A stretch of DNA of 64,000 nucleotides from Omnitrophica bacterium GWA2_41_15 (GTDB lineage Bacteria; Omnitrophota; Gorgyraeia; Gygaellales; UBA12090). This document shows, piece after piece, positions 10,370 through 20,283 of the stretch. The notes under the pieces are model-generated. The model saw only the letters and a list, made by a program, of their open reading frames with translations, was not told the origin of the DNA and made no database searches. Position 1 is the stretch's first letter. Each line of letters opens with the position of its first letter. A program made the position numbers and the translations under genes. The stretch covers positions 38,614-102,613 of the forward strand of contig CAKKRH010000010.1 of NCBI GenBank assembly GCA_919902675.1. The letters run 5' to 3'.

Positions 10370-11578
10370 CTACCTGGTTATCAGATTTATCTGAAAAATT
10401 GGAAGCAGCATCGCGGTTACGATAAAACCTACTACTAAACCCATCACCAATATAATCACCGGCTCAAGAAGGCTGGTTAAGGCGCGCGTAAGACGGCCCA
10501 ATTCCTCTTCGTAAGAAACCGCTATTCTCTTTAATGACTTCTCGAGCGTTCCGGCCTCCTCTCCCACATTTATGATGCTGACGACATATTCCGGGAAATA
10601 AACGGACTTTTTCGCCGACTGCGACAGGCTCGCGCCGTCCTTGATCTGGGAGGCGATGCCCTTGATTTCCGACTTTATGACGTTATTGACAATCGTATTA
10701 TTGACTACATCCAAGGCCACCATAATCGATACCCCTGATTCCATAAGCAAAGAAAGTATCCGCGCGAAATGCGCCATTTCTGATTTCAGGATTATCTTTC
10801 CGGCTAAAGGGATGCCCAACAAAAGCTTATCCCAGAAATATTTTTCACTCTGGCTCTTTTCCTGCTTGATTATAAAAAATACGGCTCCCGAAAAAAGCAG
10901 CAATAGCCACCAATAATTACGCAGGACCGAAGACAGGTTTATCAAAAGTTGGGTGGGAAGCGGCAGGGCCTCTCCGGCCTCCTCAAACATCGAGGTAAGC
11001 TGGGGAACCGCGTAGACAAGCAGCGCGTATATGGTAACAAACCCAACGCCGACGATTAAAGCCGGATAGGTAAGCGCCGAGAGGATATCTGAGCGCGTCC
11101 TTTCTTCCTGCTCGCTAAAATCTGCCAGGCGGGTCAGGACGGTTTCCAACGACCCGCTGATTTCTCCGGCCTTGACTACGGCGCAATAATACTGAGAGAA
11201 CTGTCCGGAATGCGCGCTTAAAGCATCGGAAAAGGTTGAGCCGTCTTTTATCCTTTCTCCGATATCAAAAAGAATATTCTTTAAAACCGGATTGCCGGCT
11301 TGCTTAATGATAATATTCAAGGCCTGGGCTATGGTCAATCCAGATTCAATTAAATTAGAAAATTGGCGGGTGAATATCGTCAAATCCTTAAGTCGCACCC
11401 GTTTCACGGAAAAAACTCCCATACCAGCGGATTTTTCGTCGCTTACCTCTTCGATGCTTATCGGAAAAAGCCCTTTTCCCTCAATAATAGCCGCTACCTG
11501 GGAGCGCCCCTTTGCATCTACGATTCCGAAAACTTTTTCCTGAGGCCCTTTCTTCGCGCTATACGTGAATTTTGGCAT
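10370..11578 (-). CDS. gspF: type II secretion/T4P platform protein
   Basis: FTRQFSNLIESG, GEISGSL, LTYPA, GEEAGTL, LLEP, AMLLPIF. Confidence 0.92.
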   Translation of the reverse strand: MPKFTYSAKKGPQEKVFGIVDAKGRSQVAAIIEGKGLFPISIEEVSDEKSAGMGVFSVKRVRLKDLTIFTRQFSNLIESGLTIAQALNIIIKQAGNPVLKNILFDIGERIKDGSTFSDALSAHSGQFSQYYCAVVKAGEISGSLETVLTRLADFSEQEERTRSDILSALTYPALIVGVGFVTIYALLVYAVPQLTSMFEEAGEALPLPTQLLINLSSVLRNYWWLLLLFSGAVFFIIKQEKSQSEKYFWDKLLLGIPLAGKIILKSEMAHFARILSLLMESGVSIMVALDVVNNTIVNNVIKSEIKGIASQIKDGASLSQSAKKSVYFPEYVVSIINVGEEAGTLEKSLKRIAVSYEEELGRLTRALTSLLEPVIILVMGLVVGFIVTAMLLPIFQINLITR

Positions 11579-11587
11579 ATACGTCTG

Positions 11588-13297
11588 TTATTCTACAAGC
11601 TCTTCCTGCTGGGTAACCCGCATCACTTCTTCTACGGTAGTTATGCCGTTTAAAATCTTTTCCCATCCGTCCTGGCGCAGGGTGCGCATGCCTAACTCTA
11701 TGGCTTTTTTCTTGATCTGCTGGCTGGAAGCCCGATCAATGACCATCTCCCTTAAAATATTATTCATCACAATAACCTCATGAATACCCGTCCTGCCCCT
11801 GTAGCCGCTGAATTTACAGGCCGGGCATCCTTTACCCTTAAAAACTTCTACACTATCTGAGGAATCGGGAATGTTAAAATTTTTCAGAACTTCTTTTGTT
11901 ACCCTGGCGGAAGTCTTACAACCGGGGCAGATCAAACGCACCAGCCTCTGGGCAATCAGGCATTCCAGGGAAGAAGAAACCAGAAACGGCTCAACCCCCA
12001 TATCCAAAAGACGGGTAATCGCCCCGGCGGCATCGTTGGTATGGAGGGTGGAAAGTACCAAATGTCCGGTTAAGCTGGCCCGTATGGCCACCTCCGCGGT
12101 CTCGTAATCTCGCACCTCTCCTACCATTATCACATCCGGGTCATGGCGCAGGATAGAGCGCAGGCCGGTGGCGAACGTTAGGCCTATCTTAGGAACAACC
12201 TGAATCTGCATAATGCCACGCAGCTGATACTCAACCGGGTCTTCCACGGTGATTATCTTTATACTCGTAGAATTAATCTGCGCTAAAGAGGCATAAAGCG
12301 TGGTAGATTTTCCCGCGCCGGTAGGCCCGGTAACAAAGATTATTCCGTGCGGTTTTTTAATTACCTGCTTTATCTTCTTTAAGTCATCATCGGCAAAACC
12401 CAGTTTTTCCAGCTCCAGAAAAAATACCGAGCTAAGCACCCGGATATGAACCGATTCGCCGAAAGATGTGGGGATGATCGAGACACGCAAATCAAGCTCA
12501 CTGTCCTGCAGTTTTACCTTCATCCTTCCGTCCTGGGGCAGACGGCGCTCGGCGATATTAAGATTTGACATAATCTTTACTCTGGACACGATAGCCTGAT
12601 GGAAATATTTTATAGTTGGAGGAATCGGAGTTTCATACATGATACCGTCAACCCTCATCCTCACCCTCAATTCATTCTCAAAAGGCTCGATGTGAATATC
12701 CGAGGCTCGTTCAGCCAGGGCCTGGGCCATCAGCTGGTTGACGAATTTTATGATCGAGGCATCCTCAGCCATGGTTTCCAGGTCTTCAGCTTTTTCAGCC
12801 TTTGCCGATAAGGCCGCCTGAGGATTTTTCTCGCTGACGATCTGCTCCAACGTATCCGCACCCACCCCGTAATACCTGCGTATAGCCTCTAAGATATCCT
12901 TTTCTCCTGCTAGGACCGGCTTAATATCAAAACCTAAAAGCAGCTTAAGATCGTCAAGGGTATGGACATCAAGGGGGTCGGTAACCGCCAGGGATATAGC
13001 GTTATCTTCCAGCAATATTGGTATGAGCTTATAGTGAGTGGCGAATTTCGCGGGAACCTTGGAAATCACCTTAGAATCTATATTCAACGCCTTTATTTTA
13101 ACAAACGGCATATTTAGGTGCCGTGCCAAAATCGGCAGGACTGCATCTTCCTGCAACAAGCCCATTTCAATCAATGTCGTGCATATAAATTTGCCTGATT
13201 TTTTCTGTTCTTTTAAGCCCTTTTCCAAATCTTCGGCACTTATAATCCCCGCGTCCATCAGTATCTGGCCTATCTGTAGATTGTTTTTGGTAGTCAT
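11588..13297 (-). CDS. gspE: type II secretion/T4P assembly ATPase (GspE/PilB)
   Basis: MshEN-like N-terminus (IGQILMDAG), ASDIHIEP, Walker A GPTGAGKST, LRHDPD, two CxxC pairs. Confidence 0.93.
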   Translation of the reverse strand: MTTKNNLQIGQILMDAGIISAEDLEKGLKEQKKSGKFICTTLIEMGLLQEDAVLPILARHLNMPFVKIKALNIDSKVISKVPAKFATHYKLIPILLEDNAISLAVTDPLDVHTLDDLKLLLGFDIKPVLAGEKDILEAIRRYYGVGADTLEQIVSEKNPQAALSAKAEKAEDLETMAEDASIIKFVNQLMAQALAERASDIHIEPFENELRVRMRVDGIMYETPIPPTIKYFHQAIVSRVKIMSNLNIAERRLPQDGRMKVKLQDSELDLRVSIIPTSFGESVHIRVLSSVFFLELEKLGFADDDLKKIKQVIKKPHGIIFVTGPTGAGKSTTLYASLAQINSTSIKIITVEDPVEYQLRGIMQIQVVPKIGLTFATGLRSILRHDPDVIMVGEVRDYETAEVAIRASLTGHLVLSTLHTNDAAGAITRLLDMGVEPFLVSSSLECLIAQRLVRLICPGCKTSARVTKEVLKNFNIPDSSDSVEVFKGKGCPACKFSGYRGRTGIHEVIVMNNILREMVIDRASSQQIKKKAIELGMRTLRQDGWEKILNGITTVEEVMRVTQQEELVE

Positions 13298-13401
13298 AAA
13301 TTCAACTCCTTTTACACATAATCGCCGCTAATTCCCCGACCTTCCGCCTGAGCCGTCATTGGCGGGGATAAATAGAGAGACGCGCCGGGATTAAGCGATT
13401 C

Positions 13402-13563
13402 AACCCGGAATTTGCAATAGTAATGGCATTCGCCGCCAAACAAGGGCGCATCTTCGTCAGAAAAAAGCGCTTACATACTAAAAGTATGCGCGCACTTTTT
13501 TCTGCCAAATCTACACCCTTCTTTGGCGTCTCGGTGCCGCATTCCTATTGCAAAATCCGGGTT
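13402..13563. mobile_element. MITE-like long hairpin element
   Basis: Terminal IR AACCCGGAATTTGCAATAG / CTATTGCAAAATCCGGGTT; nested arms CAGAAAAAAG / CTTTTTTCTG; central CATACT-AAA-AGTATG. Confidence 0.7.
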
Positions 13564-14276
13564 TAACGGCAAAAACTGATATAAGGCAGGATAAATCTTA
13601 TAAATCTGAAAGCATCCAAGAGCGGATTTATCCTGCTAGAATGATTTTTATACACCGAGGCTATAGGGATGCTGATTACTCTGGCTCCGAAAGCGGCCGC
13701 CTTAATAATCACTTCGCTCTCTATCTCAAACTTATTGCTGGTTAATTCCAGTTTGCCCAACAGGCGAGCCCTGATTAAACGAAAGCCGTTTTGGGTATCG
13801 GGAATACTCTGCCCGCACATCCGGGAAATTAAGCCAGACATAATTATGTTGGTCAGGCGCCGAATCCGCGGCATCCCTATCGGATGTCTCATCCTGTTAC
13901 CGACTATGATATCCGCCTCAGGGCTAAGCGACTCTACTTTGAGAAAATTTTCGATATCCGGCGGCAAATGCTGTCCGTCACCGTCCATGGCGATAACCGT
14001 TTCATACCCATGGCTTAAGGCATAATCAAAACCTTTCCTTAAACTGGCGCCTTTACCGAGATTACGGTTATTTCTTATAACTTTTACTTTATATTTAAAG
14101 GCGGCCTCGCTGGTTGTGTCCGTTGAGCCGTCGTCGACCACTACCACATCCACAGGTTTAGATTTAAGCTGGATCAAAATGTCATCCAGGACATGCGCCA
14201 CATTATAACAAGGAATAACCACGCAAATCTTATTTACAGAGTTGCGATTGCTCATTTTTTTAGTTAATCCAGCCAA
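13563..14276 (-). CDS. glycosyltransferase family 2 (DPM1-like)
   Basis: VVIPCYN, VDDGSTD, GKG, MDGDGQH, DTQNGFR. Confidence 0.9.
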   Translation of the reverse strand: MAGLTKKMSNRNSVNKICVVIPCYNVAHVLDDILIQLKSKPVDVVVVDDGSTDTTSEAAFKYKVKVIRNNRNLGKGASLRKGFDYALSHGYETVIAMDGDGQHLPPDIENFLKVESLSPEADIIVGNRMRHPIGMPRIRRLTNIIMSGLISRMCGQSIPDTQNGFRLIRARLLGKLELTSNKFEIESEVIIKAAAFGARVISIPIASVYKNHSSRINPLLDAFRFIRFILPYISFCR

Positions 14277-15121
14277 AACTTACGGAACATATACCATTGC
14301 TCGGGATATTTTCTGATACAATCTTCTATTTGCCTTAAGTAAATTCCGGTAACCGCGCGGATATCTTTTTCGTAATCGCCTGAGGGCTCAAATTCTAGCG
14401 GCGGGCTAAAAGAAAGACGGATTCTTCCGGAAGGCTCCCGCACGGTAAAACCGGGCACAATCGGGGTTTTATTCCTAAGGTAAAAAACTGCCGGCCCTTT
14501 AGGGATTAAACTCGGGCGGCCGAAAAAATCCACCACTATCCCCCCTTGAGTAAAATCACGGTCTCCTAAGATGCAGACTATCTCATTGCGGCTAAAGGCC
14601 TCCAGGCACTTCTTAACCGCCACCCCCAGAGGTATCACTTTTATATTCTTGGATTCCCTGTTACGGTTAAAAAAATCCTCCGCCTTTTTATGTTTGTGGG
14701 TCAGGGTAACCGCGTTCATCGGATAACCCAAGAGCCCCATAGCCATTCCCCCCAGTTCCCAGTTACCGACATGGGCGCTCAAGATAATCGCTCCCCTGCC
14801 CAAGGAAAGCGCCTTATCTATATTCTCTCTTCCTTCAACCGCGACATTTTTTCTAAAAAAACCGGGGCCTGACTTCCGGGATTTAAAAAAAACGGTTAAA
14901 TACCGGCCGAAATTTATGAATACGCCTCTGGTGTATCTTTCTAAAAGCCGTCTATCTATATCCGGAAATATCACCCTGAGGTTATTTCTCACTGAGGTTC
15001 TATCCGCGGATGAGAGAAGGTATTGAAAGGTTGAGATTATCCTGGCTAAAAAAAAATCAAGCTTAAACGGCAGATAGAGGGTTAAAAATTCTCCTACGCG
15101 GTAGAGGATGTAGTTAAACAT
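14264..15121 (-). CDS. LpxL/PatA-family lysophospholipid acyltransferase
   Basis: SAHVGNWE, ILGDRD, FFGRP, PEQWYMF. Confidence 0.85.
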   Translation of the reverse strand: MFNYILYRVGEFLTLYLPFKLDFFLARIISTFQYLLSSADRTSVRNNLRVIFPDIDRRLLERYTRGVFINFGRYLTVFFKSRKSGPGFFRKNVAVEGRENIDKALSLGRGAIILSAHVGNWELGGMAMGLLGYPMNAVTLTHKHKKAEDFFNRNRESKNIKVIPLGVAVKKCLEAFSRNEIVCILGDRDFTQGGIVVDFFGRPSLIPKGPAVFYLRNKTPIVPGFTVREPSGRIRLSFSPPLEFEPSGDYEKDIRAVTGIYLRQIEDCIRKYPEQWYMFRKFWLD

Positions 15122-16233
15122 AACTCCAGGATTAATTTTCCTATGTCTAAGCTGGCATAAGGCTTGCTGATTTTAAGCGCCGCTTCGCGCATCGCCTTAA
15201 GCATTGAAGGGTTAGAAAGCAGGTCCTGCAGGAATTGCAAAATAAGCTTATCATCGGTTATCTTAACTGCGGCCCCCTTATTCAGGAAGTAGGTAGTATT
15301 TATTTCCTCTTGCCCGGGCAGGGGCTTAATGATTACCATAGGTAAGCCCTTGCAAAAGGCCTCAGCCGTGGTCAGGCCGCCGGCCTTAGTGATAATAATA
15401 TTGGCTATCTCCATCAATTCATCAATATTATTAATGAATCCATAGAGGAATATCTTCTTGGAATAGGATTTGGCCTTGCGCTCTAATTTGCGGTATAGCT
15501 TTTTATTGCTTCCGGCTACTACCGCCAGCTGGGAATTTATCCTCATCTTCTTAAAGGCCGAGACTATCTTATTCAAAGGCCCTAAGCCCTGTCCGCCGCC
15601 CATAGCCAAAATAATCGGCCGGCTAGGGTTTAAACCGAATTTTTTGACTAACTCCTCCCTATTATGCTTTAGGGAGAATTTTGGACTGATAGGAATCCCG
15701 TAAACCCTGATTTTATCAGAAGGCACCCCTTTGCGGATAAACCTATCCTTAACCTCTTCGCTGGGGGCGATATAATAATCCACCGTATCGTATATCCAGT
15801 AAGAGTGCGGGGCGTAATCGGTCAAAACCCCGACCAGAGGAATAGAGCTATTATATCTTTTCTTAAAGTCCGCGGCCATTCCACAGGGAAAGGCCTGGGA
15901 GCAAACTACCGCGTCAGGCCTGAACTCATCAAAAAGCCTTTTAAATTTCGGTGAATTGTGCTTATGGATCGCATCTTTTATTTTTTGGGTGCTTTCTATT
16001 ACTGAGGGATTATCATACAAATAATCCCAGATGCCGGGGGTGCGCTTGATTACTCCCAGATAAAGGCGGTTGACTATCTTTTCGGTAAAGGGATTGGTAT
16101 AATTAAAGGCGTTGAGATTCAATATCTCAACATCGGGGCGCAGGATTCTAAGGGCGCTCTCAATGGCGATAGTGGCCTGATGATGGCCAGAGACCTCAGA
16201 GATGTAAAGCAGCAAGACCCGCAATTTTGCCAT
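15094..16233 (-). CDS. MGDG synthase/UgtP-like glycosyltransferase (GT28)
   Basis: SGHHQA, LTDY, GIPIS, MGGGQG, TKAGGLT, PGQEEIN. Confidence 0.88.
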   Translation of the reverse strand: MAKLRVLLLYISEVSGHHQATIAIESALRILRPDVEILNLNAFNYTNPFTEKIVNRLYLGVIKRTPGIWDYLYDNPSVIESTQKIKDAIHKHNSPKFKRLFDEFRPDAVVCSQAFPCGMAADFKKRYNSSIPLVGVLTDYAPHSYWIYDTVDYYIAPSEEVKDRFIRKGVPSDKIRVYGIPISPKFSLKHNREELVKKFGLNPSRPIILAMGGGQGLGPLNKIVSAFKKMRINSQLAVVAGSNKKLYRKLERKAKSYSKKIFLYGFINNIDELMEIANIIITKAGGLTTAEAFCKGLPMVIIKPLPGQEEINTTYFLNKGAAVKITDDKLILQFLQDLLSNPSMLKAMREAALKISKPYASLDIGKLILELCLTTSSTA

Positions 16234-16287
16234 GCAGTAATAATAGCATAAATGTTATTTTGTGGCAAGCCAAAAGCGATTGACCGG

Positions 16288-17805
16288 CTAATTCGGTTTT
16301 TTCTTGGCCTTGCCTTCTATGCCGGTCAGAAGCTTCTTAAAAATGAAATGATGAAAAGGCAGGCAGGCATACCAATAAATCTTTCCCAGCAAAGACTGGG
16401 TATTGTAATAAGCGATTACCGAGAGCTTACTCTTCATTCCTTCTTCCTTAACATTAAACTCAAGCCAGGCCCGGCCGGGAATCTTCATTTCGGCCCTCAG
16501 AAGCAGGCGCTTATTCTCCTGAATTTCCTCCACCCGAAAAAAATCCACCACATCATTTGTTTTGAGATGGGAATAACTCTTCCTGCCCCTGATAATACCC
16601 ACTCCCAAAATGACCCGGTCAATAGTACCCCTTAGCCTCCATAGCCAATTATAGTAAAACCACCCTCTCCTGCCCCCAATCCTGCAAAAAGAGCGAAAGA
16701 GCTTGTCAGCCTCTTTTTCCGTAACTAAAGAATAACTAACGCTGTAAGTAACCGGTTTTTTGACTTCGTATAGCTTTAAGGCCAGATCGTAATAGGGATG
16801 ATAGGCGTCAGACCAGCGAGTAGAAACCCGGTCTTGCTCTTCGCGGGAAAGGGCGCGTACAATCTGCTCTTGGTAAGAAAGGGGTTCAAATCTTAGATAA
16901 TCTTTGATAGAGTTATCATAACAGATAACCTCGTTTTTTAACCCCTCCATAAGACAGCGGCTGATACTGTGGGGAACCGGGGTAAGCAGGCTGGCAAAAT
17001 AGGCGTAGACTTTAAGCGGAATAAAAGGAAAATCGAAAAAGACGGTCTTTTTTCTGAGCAGATGCGTAAAAACCCTAAGCATTTCTTCATAGGTTAAAAC
17101 ATCTTTACCTCCGATGTCAAAACTTCTCCCCAGGGTCTGGGGGGTTTCTAAAGCCCCTACCAGATATTTAATCACATCGCGCACCCCGATAGGCTGGCAT
17201 TTCTTTTTCGCCCAGGAGGGAATAAGGATAAGCGGAAGTTTTATTACCAGATGTTTAATGATCTCATAAGAGGCGCTTCCTGAGCCGATGATTACCGCCG
17301 CCCTGAGCGCCGTAACCGGGACATTGCCTTGCTTGAGTTCTCTGGCTACTTCCGCGCGGCTGCGCAGATGCGAGGAAAGCCGGCTGCGCACATCACCCAG
17401 GCCACCAAGATAGATGATTCTCTTAACCCCCTGCTCCTGGGCGGCCTCGCGAAAATTACTAGCGGCTAATATGTCCGCCTTTTTAAATTCTTTCGGCCCA
17501 AGATGCAGGGAGTGAATTAAATAATAAGCGGTGTCGATGCCGGAAAGGGCACAGCGCATCTCCTCTTTGCTTAAGGCATCGGAGCGGACTATCTGGGCCT
17601 GAGGCCAGATACTTTTATAGGTTAAGGGATCTCCCCTAACCATGGCCCTTACCTTATAGCCACGATGCAGAAGTTCAGGAACCAATCTCCCGCCGATATA
17701 ACCGGAAGCCCCGCCGACTAAGATTATTCCGGTATCAGGTAAAGGCGCTGAAGGCAAATCATCGCAGAACATATCACTAAGTTGCGCCTGTTCATCTATC
17801 CGCAT
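16288..17805 (-). CDS. NAD(P)-binding SDR/epimerase with DUF2867 domain (YbjT-like)
   Basis: GASGYIGG, AYYLIHS, GSGSASYE, AEMKIPGRAWLEF, LPFHHFIF. Confidence 0.85.
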   Translation of the reverse strand: MRIDEQAQLSDMFCDDLPSAPLPDTGIILVGGASGYIGGRLVPELLHRGYKVRAMVRGDPLTYKSIWPQAQIVRSDALSKEEMRCALSGIDTAYYLIHSLHLGPKEFKKADILAASNFREAAQEQGVKRIIYLGGLGDVRSRLSSHLRSRAEVARELKQGNVPVTALRAAVIIGSGSASYEIIKHLVIKLPLILIPSWAKKKCQPIGVRDVIKYLVGALETPQTLGRSFDIGGKDVLTYEEMLRVFTHLLRKKTVFFDFPFIPLKVYAYFASLLTPVPHSISRCLMEGLKNEVICYDNSIKDYLRFEPLSYQEQIVRALSREEQDRVSTRWSDAYHPYYDLALKLYEVKKPVTYSVSYSLVTEKEADKLFRSFCRIGGRRGWFYYNWLWRLRGTIDRVILGVGIIRGRKSYSHLKTNDVVDFFRVEEIQENKRLLLRAEMKIPGRAWLEFNVKEEGMKSKLSVIAYYNTQSLLGKIYWYACLPFHHFIFKKLLTGIEGKAKKKPN

Positions 17806-17833
17806 AGCTATCTGCCTTATAATTTATCCCTAA

Positions 17834-18340
17834 CTATCCGCGTTGAATAACTATTTTATCCGAGGTAATCTTCGCGTTCGGGACTATGACGGTTTTTTTG
17901 TCCTTAGTCTCTATGATAGTGCTAAAGATTTGTATTTCTTTCACCACACCGCTTGCCCCGCCGGCGTCCACCTCGTCTCCGACCTTAAATGGTTGAAAAA
18001 AAATCAACATCACCCCAGCGGCAAAATTTGATAACGCGCCTTGCCAGGCCAGGCCCACGGCCAAACCGGCCGCTCCGATTATCGCCACAAACGAGGTAGT
18101 CTCAATACCGATTTTATTCAAAGCGGCTATAGCAACAAAGGTAAGCAGAGCGTAATACACAATATTTTTCATAAAAGATACCAGGGTTTCATTCATTTTT
18201 GCCCGGACCATAGCCGCGCCGGAAATCTTAGAAATCATCCGGGCGCACAATTTTCCCACAACAAAAATAAGAAGAGCATACACAAAAGACACCCCATACC
18301 GCGTTAAATACCCAATAACCGCATCCCATATATCCCCCAC
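17834..18340 (-). CDS. small MscS-family channel (short form)
   Basis: GAAGLAVGLAWQGALSNFAAG, PFKVGD, VPNAKI; lacks the C-terminal cage domain. Confidence 0.85.
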   Translation of the reverse strand: MGDIWDAVIGYLTRYGVSFVYALLIFVVGKLCARMISKISGAAMVRAKMNETLVSFMKNIVYYALLTFVAIAALNKIGIETTSFVAIIGAAGLAVGLAWQGALSNFAAGVMLIFFQPFKVGDEVDAGGASGVVKEIQIFSTIIETKDKKTVIVPNAKITSDKIVIQRG

Positions 18341-18373
18341 CCAGCCCTCCTTTTTTTAATAAGCGCTACTTAT

Positions 18374-18664
18374 TCATTTTGAAAGAATATATAAAAGTTT
18401 CGCGAGATATAAACCAAGGGTGATTATTGCCGCGCCAATAATTCCCAACATAATTCTAGCCCCTTTATCCTTGGCTATTCTATACCCTAACGCGCACAAC
18501 ACTTTAATTATTAACGCGCGAGCTTCCGCGTCGCGTGCTTCTCTGAACATCCTAAGTTTGTTCTTATCAAAAAATAACGCCGCGAAAATAAACCAAATTC
18601 CTGAACCTATAAGTGAAAGTATAACCAGAAAAGATACAATCAGGCCTGTTGTTTTATTTTGCAT
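18374..18664 (-). CDS. hypothetical 2-TM membrane protein
   Basis: 96-aa ORF with two hydrophobic segments, in operon orientation. Confidence 0.55.
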   Translation of the reverse strand: MQNKTTGLIVSFLVILSLIGSGIWFIFAALFFDKNKLRMFREARDAEARALIIKVLCALGYRIAKDKGARIMLGIIGAAIITLGLYLAKLLYILSK

Positions 18665-18669
18665 TTTTT

Positions 18670-19839
18670 TTATTCTACCAGCACTTCCTGGGCGGCTTTG
18701 ATTATTTCGGGGTCGAACTGGGCGCCGGAGCAGCGTTTAAGCTCGGATACGGCCTGTTCTTTACTTAAAGCCTTGCGGTAGGGGCGGTCGGTAGTCATGG
18801 CGTCAAAGGTATCAGCCACCGCGATGATGGAGGCAACTAAGGGAATTTCTTTTCCTTTTAAACCTTCGGGGTAGCCTTTACCGTCGTAGCGCTCGTGGTG
18901 GTATTTTATTCCAGGGATAGCTTCACTAAGCTCTTTAATAGACTGCAAAATTGTTACCCCGGTTAAGGGGTGCTCCTGGATAACCTTTCTTTCTCCGATA
19001 GTCAGCTCAGAGGATTTATTCAATATCCTCTCCGGGGTGCCGATTTTACCGATATCGTGTAAAAGGCTGGCAATGTGCAGATTTTCCATGAAATTATCGT
19101 CAATTCTTTTATATTTCTTTAGTTTTTGGGCAATGGCCAGGCTGTAGTTGGTAACCCGGGAGATATGGCCGTGGGTATAATGATCCTTGGCGTCAATTGC
19201 CGCGGCCATAGCGATAGTGGTATGAATAAACAGGCTCTTACGCTTGGCCAACTCCTCTTCCAGCTCGGCAAAAAGCTGGGCATTGCGGATAGCCATAGCC
19301 ACATCCGAGGCCAGGGCGGTAAAGAAGTTAAGCTCATCGTCTTTAAAACGGGACTTATCCTTCTTTTCCCCCAAAAGCAATATTCCCAAAAGATCATCCC
19401 GGAAAAAGCTGGGCACGCAAGCCACAGCCTCAAACATCTCTAATTGATAAGAGACCTTGTTTAATAAAGTGAGTATGGCCGGCTTATGTTTTTTGTTTTT
19501 CAGCTCTAAGCTGATTCTTTTGGCTTCCAAAACCCCTTCCGAGCCGAAAATCTTTTTATCATAGCGCTCGGTAAAAAAACGGATCAAGGGGTTGTCTGTG
19601 TCCATCCTGGCCAAACCCGCCGGCACCTTAAGGCCCACAGCCCCACGGGAAACGGTAAAAACATAGGTATTCTTTGCTTTGTTATAAAGCAAGATTCCGG
19701 TGTGCATCACCCCCACCTTCTGCACAATCATCCGCGCGATCATCTTGATTAAAATCTGCGGATCGTGGATAAGAATCATAGACTTGGCCGCGGACTCCAG
19801 CTCTTTTTTGTAATCTACCATCCGTGTTTTTTTATTCAT
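18670..19839 (-). CDS. GAF plus HD-GYP phosphodiesterase
   Basis: GAF domain ending AIRNA; HDIGK; HHERYDGKGYP; DTFDAMTTDRPYR. Confidence 0.92.
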   Translation of the reverse strand: MNKKTRMVDYKKELESAAKSMILIHDPQILIKMIARMIVQKVGVMHTGILLYNKAKNTYVFTVSRGAVGLKVPAGLARMDTDNPLIRFFTERYDKKIFGSEGVLEAKRISLELKNKKHKPAILTLLNKVSYQLEMFEAVACVPSFFRDDLLGILLLGEKKDKSRFKDDELNFFTALASDVAMAIRNAQLFAELEEELAKRKSLFIHTTIAMAAAIDAKDHYTHGHISRVTNYSLAIAQKLKKYKRIDDNFMENLHIASLLHDIGKIGTPERILNKSSELTIGERKVIQEHPLTGVTILQSIKELSEAIPGIKYHHERYDGKGYPEGLKGKEIPLVASIIAVADTFDAMTTDRPYRKALSKEQAVSELKRCSGAQFDPEIIKAAQEVLVE

Positions 19840-19862
19840 CTAAAACTCCCAAGAAAATAACT

Positions 19863-20240
19863 TTATTTCGGAGGAAACAGTTTCATTACCAGCTTCTCCA
19901 CCTCATCCAACTCTATCGGCTTATGGATAAATCCGTAGGCCCCCAATCTTTTGGTCTCCTGCTTGGCCTCATCATCTTCCCGGCCGGTAACCATAATCAC
20001 CTTCACCTGTTTATCCAGCTCCTTGATCCTTCTCAAGGTCTCAATCCCATCCATCCCCTCTAACTTTATGTCTAAGAGTATGGCCTTGGGCCGCTGGCTG
20101 ACTACCATTTTAATTGCCTCCTCGGCGTTAGGGACAGCCAAAACCTCAATCTCTCTGCGGCCAAAGAAATTAGTAAAGAAATTCCTCACATCAATTTCAT
20201 CATCAACCACCAACAGTTTTTGCGTATTCTCCATTCTCAC
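19863..20240 (-). CDS. single-domain response regulator
   Basis: VVDDE, LLDIKL, MVTG, KP. Confidence 0.92.
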   Translation of the reverse strand: MRMENTQKLLVVDDEIDVRNFFTNFFGRREIEVLAVPNAEEAIKMVVSQRPKAILLDIKLEGMDGIETLRRIKELDKQVKVIMVTGREDDEAKQETKRLGAYGFIHKPIELDEVEKLVMKLFPPK

Positions 20241-20283
20241 CTCCTTAATAAACGTATTGTCAAAAGAATTTCCTCCCCTAAAG

